Of a stretch of 64,000 bases of DNA, positions 14,228-30,590 are shown in pieces (within the stretch, counting starts at the first letter, position 1; every line of letters begins with the position of its first letter). Below the pieces are notes generated by a model. That model had not been told where the DNA came from, made no database searches, and saw only the letters and a program-made list of their open reading frames with translations. The translations under genes were made by a program, and so were the position numbers. The stretch is from assembly GCF_009914755.1 (NCBI RefSeq), contig NC_060929.1. The stretch is one strand, 5' to 3'. Source of the stretch: the human T2T-CHM13v2.0 reference genome, Homo sapiens.

Positions 14228-14784
14228 TGTCAATCTGAAATAACGGAAAGGATAAGAATCTAGTTTAAATGAGTTTATTCAAGTGCAAAACTGAGGATGG
14301 CCATTTGGAAAATACAGACTCCAGAGAAATGGGGTCAGTGCTCAGAAATTGAAAAGGCAAGGTTTTACTTATATCAGCAGAAAACAAGGATATTTAACAG
14401 GATTATATTTCCATACAAGGCTGGTTTATGAGTTACAGCAATTTGATTTGTTATAGCTTGTTCCCCTCCCCACCCCCACCATTTTAAAGAGTATATTTAA
14501 CATTCCATCTTAGACAATGTGATAATCATGACGTCTTTGCGTTAAGAGAAGAAAGAGGGAAATTAATCTACAATGAAGATCAATAGTTAAGAGTAAATGA
14601 GTCATTTCTGGAAACTTTAGTCTTTAAAAACATTTTACAAAATAATATAGGTAAAGGAAAAGGCTAATGTATAACCAGAGAAAAAGAGGTTACAGCTGCC
14701 TAGGTTATATACGTCTGTTACATGACTCAAATCCCATAATCACATTCCATTAAGGCCTAAAATAATTTAAAATTCCAACAGCTT
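14228..14784 (-). mobile_element. 5' LTR of the ERV1 remnant (LTR24-like), outer end cut by an L1
   Basis: Ends in ...gattgaCA next to PBS on - strand; aataaa and tataag motifs on - strand; subfamily name tentative. Confidence 0.7.
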
Positions 14785-16475
14785 TTATTTTATTTTTCTA
14801 ACTTTTATTTTAGGTTCAGGGGTACATGTGCAGGTTTGTTATATAGGTAAACTGCATGTCACGGGGGTTTGGTGTACAGATAATTTCATTACCCATGTGA
14901 TAAGCATAGTACCCAATAGGTATTTTTTTCTGATCCTCTCCCTCCTCCCACCCTCCACTCTCAAGTAGGCCTTCGATGTCTCTTGTTTCCCTCCTGGTAT
15001 CCATGTGTTCTCGTTGTGTAGCTCCCACTTATAAGTGAGAACATGCAGCATTTGATTTTCTGTTCCTGTGTTAGTTTGCTTAGGATAATCGCCTCCAGCT
15101 GCATCCATATTGCTGCAAAGTACATGATCTCATTCTTTTTATGCCTACATAGTATTCCATAGGGTGTGTGGGTGCCTGTGTGTGTGTGTGTGTGTGTGTG
15201 TATACACACACCACATTTTCTTTATCCAGTCTATCATTGATGAGTATTTAGGTTGATTCCATGTCTTTGCTATTGTGAATAGTGCTGCCGTGAACATACA
15301 CATTCATGTGTCTTTATGGTAGAACTATTCATATTCCTTTGGGTATGTAGCCAATAGTGGAATTGCTAGGTCAAATGGTAATTCTGTTTTAAGTTCTTTG
15401 AGGGATTGCCACACTGCTTTTCACAATGGCTTAACTAATTTACACTCCCATCAACAGTGTATAAGTGTTCCCTTTTTTCTGCAACTTTGCCAGCATCTGT
15501 TGTTTTTTGACTGTTTATAATACCAATTCTAACTAGTGCAGGATGGTATCTCATTGTGGTTTTGATTTGTATTTATCTAATAATTAGTGATGTTGAGTAT
15601 TTTTTCATATGCTTCTTGGCTACATGTATGTCTTCTTTTGAAAAGTACCTGATAATGTCCTTTGCCCACTTTTTAATGGGTTGTTTGTTTTTTGCTTGTA
15701 AATTTGTTTAAGTTCCCTATAGAGTCTGGATATTAGAACTTTTTTGGATGCATGGTTTGCAAATATCTTCTCCCATTATGTAGGTTGTTTACTTTGTTGA
15801 CAGTTTATTTTGCTGTGCAGAATCTTTAGTTTAATTAGATCCCATTTGTCAATTTTGGCTTTTGTTGCAATTACTTTTGGTGTCTTTGTCATGAAACATT
15901 TGTGAAGTCCTTCCTGTGTCCAGAATGATATTTCCTAGATTATCTTCCAGGGTTTTTATAGTTTTAGATTTTACATTTAAGTCTTTAATCCATCTTGAAT
16001 TGATTTTTGTATGTCATATAAGCTAGGGGTCCAGTTTCAGTCTTCTGTGTATGGCTAGCCAGTTGTCCCAGGATCATTTATTGAATGAAGAGTTCTTTCC
16101 CCATTGCTTGTTTTTGTCAAGCAATGTGGAAGATCAGATGGTCATAGGTATGTGGCGTTATTTCTGGGCTCTCTATTCAAAGTATACTTCAAATACTTTC
16201 ATGCTGTTTTGGTTACTGTAGCTCTGTACAATAGTTTGAAGTATACTTTGAAGTATAGTTTGTAGCAATGTGATGGCTCAAGATTTGTTCTTTTTGGTTA
16301 GGATTGCCTTGGCTATTCAGGCTTTTCTTTTATTCCATATATTAAAATAATTTTTTAAAATTATGTGAAGAATGCCATTGGTAATTTGAAGGGAATAGAA
16401 TTGAATCTATAAATTGCTTTGGACAGTATCGCCATTTTAACAATATCGATTCTTCCTATCCATAAGCATGAAATG
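14785..16475 (-). mobile_element. 5'-truncated L1 (L1PA15/16-like): 3'UTR and ORF2 C-terminus
   Basis: ttttattttaggttcaggggtacatgtgcaggtttgttatataggtaa 3' end; ORF track NEIMYFAAIWMQLEAIILSKLTQEQK; internal (TG)n at ~15177-15201. Confidence 0.92.
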
Positions 16476-16505
16476 GCTTTACTGTGGAAGAAATGTGGAT
16501 TAGAT

Positions 16506-16826
16506 CAGGGGTACCCATTCCCCAGGTCATAGACTGGTATCAGTCCATGGCCTGTAAGGAACTGGGTCACACAGCAAGAAGTGAGCGGCAGGTGAGCATT
16601 ACCACTTGGGTTCCACCGCCTGTTAGATCAGCGGCTGGCATTAGATTCTCATAGAAGCACAAACCCTATTGTGAAGTGCCAGGGATCTAGGCACTCCTTA
16701 TGAGAATCTAACTAATGCCTGATTATCTGAGGTCGATCACCCTGAAGCCATCCCTCCACTCTAGTCTGTGGAAAAATTGTCTTCCACAAAACTGGTCTCT
16801 GATGCCAAAAAGATTGGAGACCACTG
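16506..16826. mobile_element. MER1B-like hAT-Charlie DNA transposon
   Basis: Termini cagggg.../...gagaccactg; perfect 8-bp TSD GATTAGAT (16498-16505 / 16827-16834). Confidence 0.88.
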
Positions 16827-17157
16827 GATTAGATTCACACCTTCCCTGAGGTTTTCTTCTTCATGTTTCTATGTGCCTCTAGACTTCTGTGTACTTGTGT
16901 GCTGATCTTGTTTTATCTTATAAAACCCAGATGTAAAAACTCAGTCCTTTCACAATAAATTCATTCCCAGCAAGCCCTTTGTGAGTTTTTGCTGACTTCT
17001 CTGAGGGTTTGAGGATCATTCGGGCTTCCACCATCCCAATAGCTGTTCAGCCTTTCTCCTGCCTGATTTTTTGAAAGCTTTGGTGCTAGCCAATGCCTGG
17101 CCCTGAGAGGAGTGTAAATAGAATAAAAGAATAAGATTTTCTCTTTATCATTAGATT

Positions 17158-17265
17158 TGTGTATGTATAGCTATGTATGCTCATATGTGTGTGTGTATAT
17201 ATACATATATATAGAGAGAGAGAGTGTGTGTGTGTGCATGTGTGCGTGTGTGTGTGTGTGTGTGT
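17158..17265. repeat. Compound microsatellite (TA)n(GA)n(TG)n
   Basis: Directly visible. Confidence 0.95.
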
Positions 17266-17451
17266 TTGCTATTTCCCCTGGATATTTAAAAATTCAGGAA
17301 GCTATTATTCAAAAGTTAACAGTGGCTACCTCCACACAGTAAAAGCTCAGGTAACTTTTATATTCTTATTCATACTTTTCTGAATTTTCTGGAATTTTTA
17401 CGAGCATGTACTACTATTATAAGAGAAAAAATAAAGCTCAGTTTTTTTAAA

Positions 17452-17661
17452 CAAGACTGGGAAACATAGGGAGACCCCATCTCTAAGAAAAAAAATTAGC
17501 CAAGTGTGGTGGCAAATGCCTGTGGTCCTAGCTACTCAAGATGCTGAGGTGGGAGGATCACTTGAGCCCAGGAGGTCGAGGCCGCAGTGAGCTATGATTC
17601 ACATCACTGCACTCCAGCCTGAGTGAGAGGGAGACCCTGTCTCAATCAATCAATCAATAAA
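17452..17661 (+). mobile_element. 5'-truncated Alu (AluJ-like) with (TCAA)n tail
   Basis: Partial left arm, linker, right arm ggatcacttgagcccaggaggtcgaggccgcagtgag. Confidence 0.88.
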
Positions 17662-18789
17662 CACAGAAGCAAAGTACTGAAGATAATGCTGTATATTTCT
17701 GGATCTATCCACACTTGTTCTGCAGAAGCCCAGCCCCTTCAAATTCACCCAAAATTGTTTTTGAAGTCTGTTGGGGGTGTCCCATGTGTATGAAACCAGC
17801 TCTTTTGTCTACCTCCCTGGTCTTCCATTTCCATCCTCTCCTACAGTGATGCCCCCTGCCAGTGCCCCATGGGGCAGCTCTCTTCACATGGCCATGCTAG
17901 TGAGGAGTGCTCCTCATTCCTGCTGGTGAGTGCCTGCCAGCATCTCAGGCAAGGGACTGGAGTTCTTACAAGACTACCATCCCCTACCTGGGCCCAAACT
18001 GACCTTCTTCTATTATTTCTCTTTTGCAGCTATCCCAGAGAATTCTGCCACCTTCCAGAGCCAACTGTTTTCCCCTTTCTCTGCGTTTGATAGAAAAGAA
18101 AGATAAGAAATAAATAGGGCTTAATTTCCCAAACCATTTATGTAGTTTTTCCTCCTTTTCAGGACAGAGAATAAAGGGTCCCTGTATTCATGCCTTCCTG
18201 GAAATCTCAGTGCAAGGCCCTATCAGGAGGTTTCCTGGAGCAGCTAAGGGAACAGCTAGACCACCCAGGAAGAAATGACAGAAGCCTACCTGACTTCCAA
18301 TCTGCTTGCTTCATGGTGTAATGGGGGCCTAGACAGAAGCACCCCAAGGACACTTACAACAACTGTTCTGCCAGCTCTAGTCCATTGGAGAAGATGTGCC
18401 AACATACCTTCTCACCATCCCTAGAGCCCAACCTTGCTATGGAAAGGTCAAACCCTTACCATTGGCCCTGCCAAGGATCCCCAGACAGAGAAGCACAATG
18501 GAGGCCATAAATTATGGCTTCTTATCATGGCCTCCACATAACTTAAACTCTGGATGGTGAATGAAATCTGGGGCCAAGTCTTAAAGGGTCAGGGTAGCCA
18601 ATGAGCATAACTCAATATTTGTGTTTCTAAGAGAAAACCACAGAACCTCCATATCCATGGCAAACTGGCCAGCCACAGGCTGGATCCAGTGTGCAGTAGT
18701 GTTTTGTGTACACCATTCACTATTTGTCTACTTGGGTTAAAAATGTTTTATATTAGTTAGCAATGTTTAAACATTGGGAGAATTAAAGG

Positions 18790-19285
18790 GAAATGAAAAC
18801 GTACTTCCCACAAATACTTGCACATAAATATTCACAGCAGCATTGTTTATAATTGCCCAAAACTAGAAACAACCCAAATATCCATCAACTGATGAATGAT
18901 AAACAAGTTGTGGTATATTCATCCAATAAAACAATATTCAGCAATAAAAATAAACAAATCAGGCACTTAATATAATTGAATATCAAGGTCATTATGTTGA
19001 GTGAAAGAGGCCAGAAAATAAAAGTATACACTATTTGATTCCATTTATATAATATTCTAGAAAATGAAAACCAGTCTATACTTACAGAAAACAAGGTGGT
19101 AGCTTACAGAGATGGGGTAGAGGGAGGGAGAGATGACAGAGAGGCATAAAAAAACTTTCCGGACAATGAAAATGTTCTGTATTTTAATTGTGGTGATGGT
19201 TTCATGGATGTACAAGTTCATCAAATCTCATCAAGTTAAATATATGCATTTATTTTATATTAAGTGTACCTCAATAAAGCAGAAA
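18790..19285 (+). mobile_element. Old L1 3' end (L1MD/L1ME-like)
   Basis: ttcacagcagcattgtttataattgcccaaaactagaaacaacccaaatatccatcaact ... gtacctcaataaagc. Confidence 0.8.
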
Positions 19286-19469
19286 AATTTAAAATTGGTA
19301 ATATTTATATACAAATTGAGATATCTATATTTCTTGAAAATCAAAATGTCTGACATCATTTGGTCTACATATTTATCTGCCAAAAATACAGGAGATAGAC
19401 AGTAGCTGTCCTTTAGAAGGGGCATACCCTTTCGAGTTTGCAACAGGCCTTCATACTTCCTGCTGCTTA

Positions 19470-20075
19470 CCCAGCATTCATTACATGTTTATTGTCATTT
19501 ATTTAAGTTACTTATTGTGAACCTAATGCATGTATGGCCTCATTCTAGGTACTGGAGACTAAACATGCAAACACACCTAACTGGCATGGTTTCCATTTGC
19601 CTAATTGTCACGGGGTACCATGAAGTTTACATTTTAGTGAGATTGGAGAAAGATAGACATTTAGAGTTAATAAGTTGGATAAATAGTATATTAGGTGGAA
19701 AGAAGTATAAGAAAAAAACATACAGCCAGGAAGAAGTATAGACAGTTCCAGAGCTAAAATGTTAGCCATGGATCCCAGGAAGTCCTCACTGAAAGGTGAC
19801 TTTGGGAGGAAACCTGTAGAAGGTGAGGAATTGAGCTATGCATATAACCCAGGGAAGAGCATTCTAGACAGACATGACAGTCCATGAGAAGATTCTAGGC
19901 AAGGGAGGTAGCCCAGGGTCTTCAACCAACAGCAAGGAGGCTAATCTAGCTTGGCACAGAGTAACAAGAGATGAGATCAGAGAAATAACAGGGTAGAGAT
20001 GGTGTGGAGTCTTATAGATTATTGAAGGGAGTTTGTCATTTACTGGATGAAATAGGAAGCCTTTGGAGGGTGTTG
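19470..20075 (-). mobile_element. LINE-2 3' fragment
   Basis: cattctaggtactggagac..., gaaggtgaggaattgagctatg, gggaagagcattctagacag, aggaagcctttggaggg. Confidence 0.7.
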
Positions 20076-20595
20076 TTAATTGTAATCATGATAGGGTTAT
20101 TACTTTTCTTATAGTAGAGTTCAAAAGAAAGGAAAACTTATTTTTGTAACCAGGTCATTAACCTGGCCCCTGTAGACATCTGAGTTTGTAATTTCTGTCA
20201 TATTTTATCTAAATATCATGATAGAGAACAAAATATCTGACTGGTTCTGTACTGATAGGCAGTCAGTCATGCTGGCTAACTTTCAGAAATATGCCATGTT
20301 TGGTGGTCTCCTTTCTCTCTGTTTTCTCTAGGTTGAATATGGGGATTCAACCACATCACTTCACTCTCTCACCCCTTATAGCACACGCTTCTCTCCCTTT
20401 CCTTGGCATCCCCTGGCCCTATCATGACCTGAGGTCTTCCCTACCACTTTGGGGGCTCCCATCTAAAAATGCATTCTAAGTCCTCTACCTGGAACTAATT
20501 TATCTCCAGGTCTACACTACTGATAACAAGATATACGATCCCTTGCAAAGGAACTTGTAACACCCTGAAATTACTCAGAAATCACACCTCACAGG

Positions 20596-20836
<241 letters not shown>

Positions 20837-20871
20837 TCACACCTCACAGGCAAACTCTGTAAGTGGGCTCC

Positions 20872-21916
20872 TGTAGGAAAGCAGCCTGTTGCATGGCAAG
20901 AAAAATGCCATCTTGAAGTGAAATCGTCATTAATTCCTGCATATCCAGGCATTCCCACAGCAAGGTCAAGAAACAATGCCTATATCATAGATAACTTCTC
21001 ATAAAGATGCTTCTCTAACTTCCCCAGTGGTCATGAATGTCATAAGAGGGTCTGAGACGTGACCAGCAGCGCATGTCTTACCAAAAAAAAAAGCTTGCTA
21101 CAGAAAGGATATTTTCTGGAGTGCCGAGTGTGGGGATCCATCATCTTGTGGCTACCCAAAGCATGGCTTCTGTTTGTTACGTCCCTACTAAATGTTTCTT
21201 TCTGGGAAACTGAATTTGTCAGCCTCTTTCTTTGGCCTGTCAGCTCTCTTGGCTTTCGGGGGTAGATCTGCATATACCTACTCACCCAGAACATTTGGTG
21301 AGTCAGTCAGGAGCTAAGAGGCCAAGAGACAGGAAAGGGGAATGAAGCATCTGTACGGGAAATCCCAGGCCAGCCACGTCTATGTGGGATGGTGTGGCAC
21401 GTCTGTTAGATGCATTTGGACTCTGTGTGACTATGGAGACACCCTGAACAAGCTGGTTGGCCTAGAGTGGTTATTAACTGAAAGGCATATGGTGCAGTGT
21501 GGTAAGGAAGGGCAGTGGATAGCCACTGCAGTGGGTTGGCTGCTTCTGTGGGCCATTTGTTTGTCAACACAGGTTTAGCTAGCAATAGAAATGAAAAGCA
21601 AATGGCTAGAGGAAAATTGCACCAACCTGATAGAAAAGGACATGTGCCTTTTCACTTCTCTGATTGCGTCCAGTGTAGCTACATGTTTTACCAAAAAAAA
21701 AAAGAAAAAAAAAAAGCCTGCTATAGAAAGAATATTTCAGGAGGGTAGGTGTGGAAATCTATGGTCTCTCAGCTGCCCAAGGCATTGCTTCTGTTCATAG
21801 GTTCCTATCAAATGTTTCTTTCTGAGAAACTGGATTTGTCAGCCTCTTTTCTCTGGCTTCCCAGCTTCCTTGGCCTTTGAGGGGGAGACCTGCATATATC
21901 TGTTCACTGCAGAACA
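20872..21916 (+). mobile_element. Internally deleted ERVL-class provirus: 5' LTR 20872-21293, PBS, leader/gag stub, partial 3' LTR ~21675-21916
   Basis: Direct repeat between ~21070-21293 and ~21680-21916 (aaatgtttctttctg.gaaactg.atttgtcagcctcttt...agaaCA); TSD gctcc / gcccc (4/5); family possibly LTR18/LTR32-like, uncertain. Confidence 0.82.
21296..21313 (+). promoter_or_regulatory. Primer-binding site resembling tRNA-Arg(ACG) complement
   Basis: TGGTGAGTCAGTCAGGAG vs TGGCGAGCCAGCCAGGAG (15/18, all C>T), 2 nt after LTR CA. Confidence 0.65.
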
Positions 21917-22634
21917 GCCCCATACATGAAATGAATTTTGAGATTAGAGGAAGAAGTTTCATTTATAAGCCCAAAGCAAACAATTAGGAAAAAAAATTAT
22001 GCTCAGGAAGTTAGGGACTAAGAACTAACCTAATTACAGGGCTAAAGAAGGAAATTTGGCCAAAATAATCTGACAGAATGCAATTTCAACAAAGGCAAAT
22101 TAAACCAAGGTAAGTCACTCCATGTACATTTGTGTCTAAATTAATATCCCTAGTCACAAATAACAACTTAAACTTATAGAAGTAGTTGATGAAACCAGCT
22201 GACACAGAGAGCCATGTATCAATCTTGATTATAGAACCTTCTGGAGATCATGGTTATTTCAAAATATATGGACACTGAGGGTGCATCAAAAGGGCTAAAA
22301 GATTATGGCTAGAAGATAAAATAGATGTGTCTCTCTATTCCTTTCTCTAGATATAGCTAAAATCTCTGGACATCATACATAAACATAAAAATACTCGGAA
22401 AGGTGGAGACAAAAAAACAGGTCAGTTAGGGACTTTGAAACCTTAAAAAACAGCATGGCACTGAGGTCTCTAGATTTCCTCGTGCCTTATATATTTCATA
22501 CTGGATGCTAGAGAAGCCTGCAACCCAAAATACCAACATACACTGATAAAAGAAAAAAAAGCCCCAAGAAAACCAAGGAAGGGTCAAAGGGTCAGCCTAG
22601 TGAAAAAGAAAAAATCATCTAATTAATTCAATTT

Positions 22635-23600
22635 TTAAAAAATAATTTCAACTTTTATTTTAGATTCAAGGAATAAATGTGTAGGTTTGTTTCCTGGGTA
22701 TACTGTATGATGCTGAGGTTTGGGGTATGATTGACCCTGTCACCCAGACAGTGATCATAGTACCCAATAGCTTTTCAACCCTTGCCCTCCCCCTTCCCTT
22801 GCCCCTTTAGCGGTCTCCAGTGTCTATTGTTTCCATATTTATGTCCATGAGTATCCACTGTTTAGCTCCAACTTATAAGTGAAAAGATGTGGTATTTGTT
22901 TTTCTGTTTCTGTATTGATTAGCTTATGATATGGTTAGGCTCTGTGTCCCCACCCAAATCTCATCTTGAATTTTAATCCCCATAATCCCCATATGTTGAG
23001 GGTGGAACAGGTGCAGATAATTGAATCATAGGGGCAGTTTCCTCTATGCTGTTCTTATGATAATGAGTGAGTTTTCATGAGATCCAATGGTTTTATAAGG
23101 GGCTTCCCCTCTTCACTTGGCACTCACTCCATCCTGCCACCCTATGAAGAAGGTGCATGCTTTTCCTTTGCCTTCTGCCATGATTGTAAGTTTCCTGAGG
23201 CCTCCCCAGCAATACGGAACTGTGAGTTAATTAAATCTCTTTCCTTTATAAATTACCAAGTCTCAGGTATTTCTTCATAGCAGCATGAGAATGGACTAAT
23301 ACAGCTTAGGATAATGGCCTTCAGCTGCATCCATGTTGCTACAAAGGACATGATTTTCTTCCTTTCTATGGCTACATAGTATCCTACGGTACATATATAC
23401 CACACTTTCTTTATGCAGTCCACCATTGACGGGCACCTAGGTTGATTCTGTGTCTTTGCTATTATGAATACTGCTACAATGTACAAACAAGTACATGTGT
23501 CTTTTCGGTAGAATAATTTATTTTCTTTTGAATATATACCCAGTAATGAGATTGCTGGGTCAAGTGGTAGTTCTAAGTTCCTTGAGAAATCTCCAAAGTG
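22635..23600 (-). mobile_element. L1 3' end (L1PA16/L1PB-like), split by a THE1D LTR
   Basis: acttttattttagattcaagg..taggtttgtttcctgggtata; ORF track LELPLDPAISLLGIYSKE. Confidence 0.85.
22927..23303 (+). mobile_element. THE1D-like solo LTR (MaLR)
   Basis: tgatatggttaggctctgtgtccccacccaaatctc...gactaataca; perfect TSD GCTTA. Confidence 0.92.
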
Positions 23601-24340
23601 CAGAAATAAAATTTTTGACAATAACCACCCAACTCCAGCCAAACATTAGGAGGAAAACTGTAGCCCTGTCCTGATCCCATCAGCAAAGGCCAAGTGGGAA
23701 CGCTATACTTCCACCTTTACCCAGATGTAATGAGGTGCTCTCTTTCCTCCTGAGAGTGCCAATGAAAGCTGCACTGGGAACCTAAACCTCTACCCCCATG
23801 TGGCAGTTATGGGGCAGCACTTTCCTTTCCATGCTGATGTGGTTTCAGATGAGGCTTGCTGAAACAGAAAATTTAAACAAGATCCAGAGTCTTCTGACTT
23901 AATGCCTCAAATGTCCACAATATTAAAGTTTACTCATCACACCAAAAACCAAAAAAAAACTCAATGTGAATGAGAAAAGACAATAACCAGATGCTGTCTT
24001 AGTCTATTTTGTGCTGCTACAGCTGATCACCGACTGGGTAATTTATAATAAACAGAAATTTATTGGCTCATGGTTCCAGAGGCAGGGAAATCCAAGATCA
24101 AGAGGCCAGCATCTGGCGAGGGCTTTCTTGCTATGTCATCCCATGGTGGAAGAGCAAAGAGAGAATAAGAGAGGGAGAGTAAGAAAGGAGAGGGGCAGAA
24201 AGAGAGGGCTGAACTTGTTTAATTAAAAAAACAAACCCACTCCCATAATAATGAACCCAGTCCAGTGATGACAGCATTAATCCATTCATGAGGGCAGAGC
24301 CCTCATGGCCTAATCACCTCTTAAAAGATTTCACCTCCTG

Positions 24341-24634
<294 letters not shown>

Positions 24635-24642
24635 TTACCTCC

Positions 24643-27298
<2,656 letters not shown>

Positions 27299-27933
27299 CT
27301 TCACAACACTGCCACATTGAGGAATCTAGTTCCCAACACATGAACTTTAGGGGACAAATTCAAACCCTAGCAGATGCCAACAAAAAGACGACATGAATAT
27401 TGTTTGAATCATTTGACAAGAGTTTTAAAACAGCTAGTATAAAACGGCTTCAGTAAAATTTACAAGTACACTTGAAAAAAATGAAAAAAATAGAAAATCT
27501 CAGCAAAAAAAGAACCAAATGGAAATTTTAAAACTGAAAAATGCAACAATATAAATTAAAATTTTAATGGATGGGATCAACGGCACGATGAAGAAGAAAG
27601 AGGAAAGAATCCATGAACTTGAAGATAGAGCAACAGAAATTATCTAATGTGAACTACAGATAGAATATAGGCTGAACAAAAATCAACAGAGCCTAAAGTT
27701 CCAATGGACCCATACCAAAAGATCTAACTCCATGTCATTGGAGTCCTAGAAGGAGAGGAGAAATCATGAGAATAAAAAAGCACTCAAAAAATAATAGCTG
27801 CAAAATATCCCAATTTGGCAAGAAGTATAAACCTACAAAGTCAACAAACTGCAAGATTCAAAATAGGATAAACATAAATGAAAGCCCACCAAGACATATC
27901 ATAATCAAACTTCTAAAAATCAAAGACAAAAAC

Positions 27934-28262
27934 TGTTCAGAGAGACTCCAGGGTTGCCACACAGTGAGATAACATTTATAAATAGGAAAAAAAAATGATA
28001 TACGGAAAACAGAAGTGAAGTACAGAAACAGCTGGATTGGTTAAAGGTGGGCATTTACCTTATTTGAAACTGGTTTGAACAGCTGGCTTTCTATGATTGG
28101 CTGAAGTTAAGCTGCTGTGATTGGCTGAGCCTCAGCTATTTGTTAAAGTAGTTTACAGTCTATTTACACATCAATTTGGGTTACAGTCTATTATACACTA
28201 AGAAGGCTTTAGGCAGTACTTAAAACATAAAGAGACAGCTATAGGCCAACCTTAATTTAACA
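27934..28262 (-). mobile_element. Partial MER57-family LTR
   Basis: Homologous to 680-1004 (agaagtga.gtacagaaa.agc..gattggtta; ccttat.tgaa; ends ttaatttaaca). Confidence 0.75.
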
Positions 28263-30217
28263 ATATGTTTCTCAATGTACATAAAGGAAGTATTTAAGAC
28301 AATTATATTATAAATGGAAGTGGGTAAAGGAGACTTAAGTGGGGTTAAGTGTTCTATACTTCACTTGAGCTGGTTAATCTTAACACCAGTACACTGTGTT
28401 AATTTATGTAGGTATAATATAATAACTTGAACAACCTTTAAAAAAGACTATAAAGAGAAATAGACTCAAAAATCCCAGATAAATAAATATGGACTTTCAA
28501 AAAATGTTCTTGTAACCTACAGGAAATCAGGGAAAGAAAAGAAAAATTAAAAACATAAGAAAAAAAGAATATACATAAATCAAAATGGCAGACTTGGGCC
28601 CTAATATATAGACAGTTTTTTTAAATGATTATGGATGGGGTGGGTGTGACACATTTCTCAGAATCCTACTATTTTGTGCTGTAAGCCTTCACTTTTTAAA
28701 ATGAAGGGCTGCATTCCCAGATATACCCAGAATGGTTAAAGTTACATTTTCCCCCACGATTTTCCATTCCTTTGACTCATTTCATGCTTATCAATGTTCA
28801 AAGCCACAGACCTCAGAAACTAAAGCAGTAATCGGCCAGGTACCCTTTACAATTAAACTAAAGCTATGACATTATATTCAGCAACTTCTCCAAACCAAGG
28901 CTTTCCAAACACTTCCGAATTAAATTAAGTTCTTTTTCCTATCCTACCTCTTCCTTTTAACCAACTGTGAAGACAATGTTATAATGTTACCAAGAAGAGG
29001 TTCTCCAGCATATTGTGTGATAATAATAAACACTGTAGTTAGGAATGGAATAAAAGAATTTGAAATAAGTCTATCTGTGGTTTAAAAGCATCTCTCTTTT
29101 CTCCTTATGTCAACCTCGAGGTTCGTAAGCTAATTCTTGGTGACTTGACTCCCTTTTACATAGAAGAGAATTGTATCTATTTTGAGGGTTAAATAAATTT
29201 GATAAATGCGAATGTGTTTGGCATAGGTCAAGGTAAACAGTAGGTACTTAATATTAGATTTCCTCCTTCAATCTCAGATTTCTATTAGGCAAGCAAATCT
29301 GTAAATCTTTAGAATAAAGCTCTACTGTACATTTTCGTGTTTTCTTTTTCATTTTTGGTGAACCTGAGTACAATCCTGATATATAGATCACTTAGAGAAG
29401 AAACTATTACAGTTTTTAAACCTGCTGATACTATCACTTATCTGTAAAGTGACCAGTTAATCTATTATCCAGTTTGCAACACCTTTGAGAATGAAAGCAG
29501 AAACTAGCACTATATTACTCCAGGACATTATGACTGCCTTGGAAAAATCAGGATGCAGAGTCATAGACAGGAAATCAGCTGTGACCTAGAAGCCAAATCA
29601 CAAAGGCATCAGAGCAGCCAAAATAAAGATTCCCAAATTCTCTTGAGGGTATACGTTATATTCATGGGAAAACTCCAGTAACTCTCAGAAGAGCCAACTT
29701 ACTCTAATTTACACCAAATTTATCAATATTGCTTTTCTAGTTTTTAATTCACAAGGACATTGACTATAACAAGACACTATAACCGTGAATAGAAGACAGA
29801 GGATCCCCAGAAGTAAAGCATTTTAGGACTTGTAGCAAACAGTTACAAAGCTCAAGAGCAGGAAATAGCTGTGTCATAGAACAGTGCCAACTATCATGTT
29901 CATAAGGTTGACCCTGGATCATTAGAGAAAGTTTGATTCACGTTCAGGTATCATTTAAAGCCCTAATGAAGAGTGAACTCCATTTCTATCCAAACTGTTT
30001 TTTAAAATTTTGTTTTGCTTTTCAAAGGATAAATGTCTCAGTATTTGAAACTCAGCCAATCAGAAAACACAATGGTGGGTTTAGCTTGAACCCAAGCTAG
30101 GCCTGGCCTAGGATTCACAGCTATGTAATCACAAGAAGAAAGTCCATGGAGAGGGACTTCAGGGCTCCTTGAGAAGGACCTCCTCTAAAGAAAAGGAAAG
30201 ACTTACAAGAGAAGGTG

Positions 30218-30590
30218 TGATATGGCCTAGCTCTGTGTCCCCACCCAAACCTCATGTTGAATTGTAATCTGAATTGTAATCCTCATATGTTGGGGAAGAT
30301 ACCTTGTGTGAGGTGATTAGATCATGGGGGCAGTTCCCCCATGCTGTTCTCTTGACAGTGAGTGAGTTCCCAGATATCTGACGGGTTTATGAGGGGCTTT
30401 CCCACTTTGCTCAGCACTTCTCTCTCCTGCCACCAAGTGAAGGACGTGTTTGCTTCCCCTTCCCTCATAATTGTAAGTTTCCTGAGGCCTCCCCAGCCAT
30501 GCGGAACTTTGAGTCAATTAAACCTATGTTCTTTATAAATTACCCATGCTTGGTCAGTTCTTTATAGCAGCATGAGAACAGACTAATACA
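30218..30590 (+). mobile_element. THE1C/D-like solo LTR
   Basis: tgatatgg...gactaataca; perfect TSD AGGTG. Confidence 0.92.
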
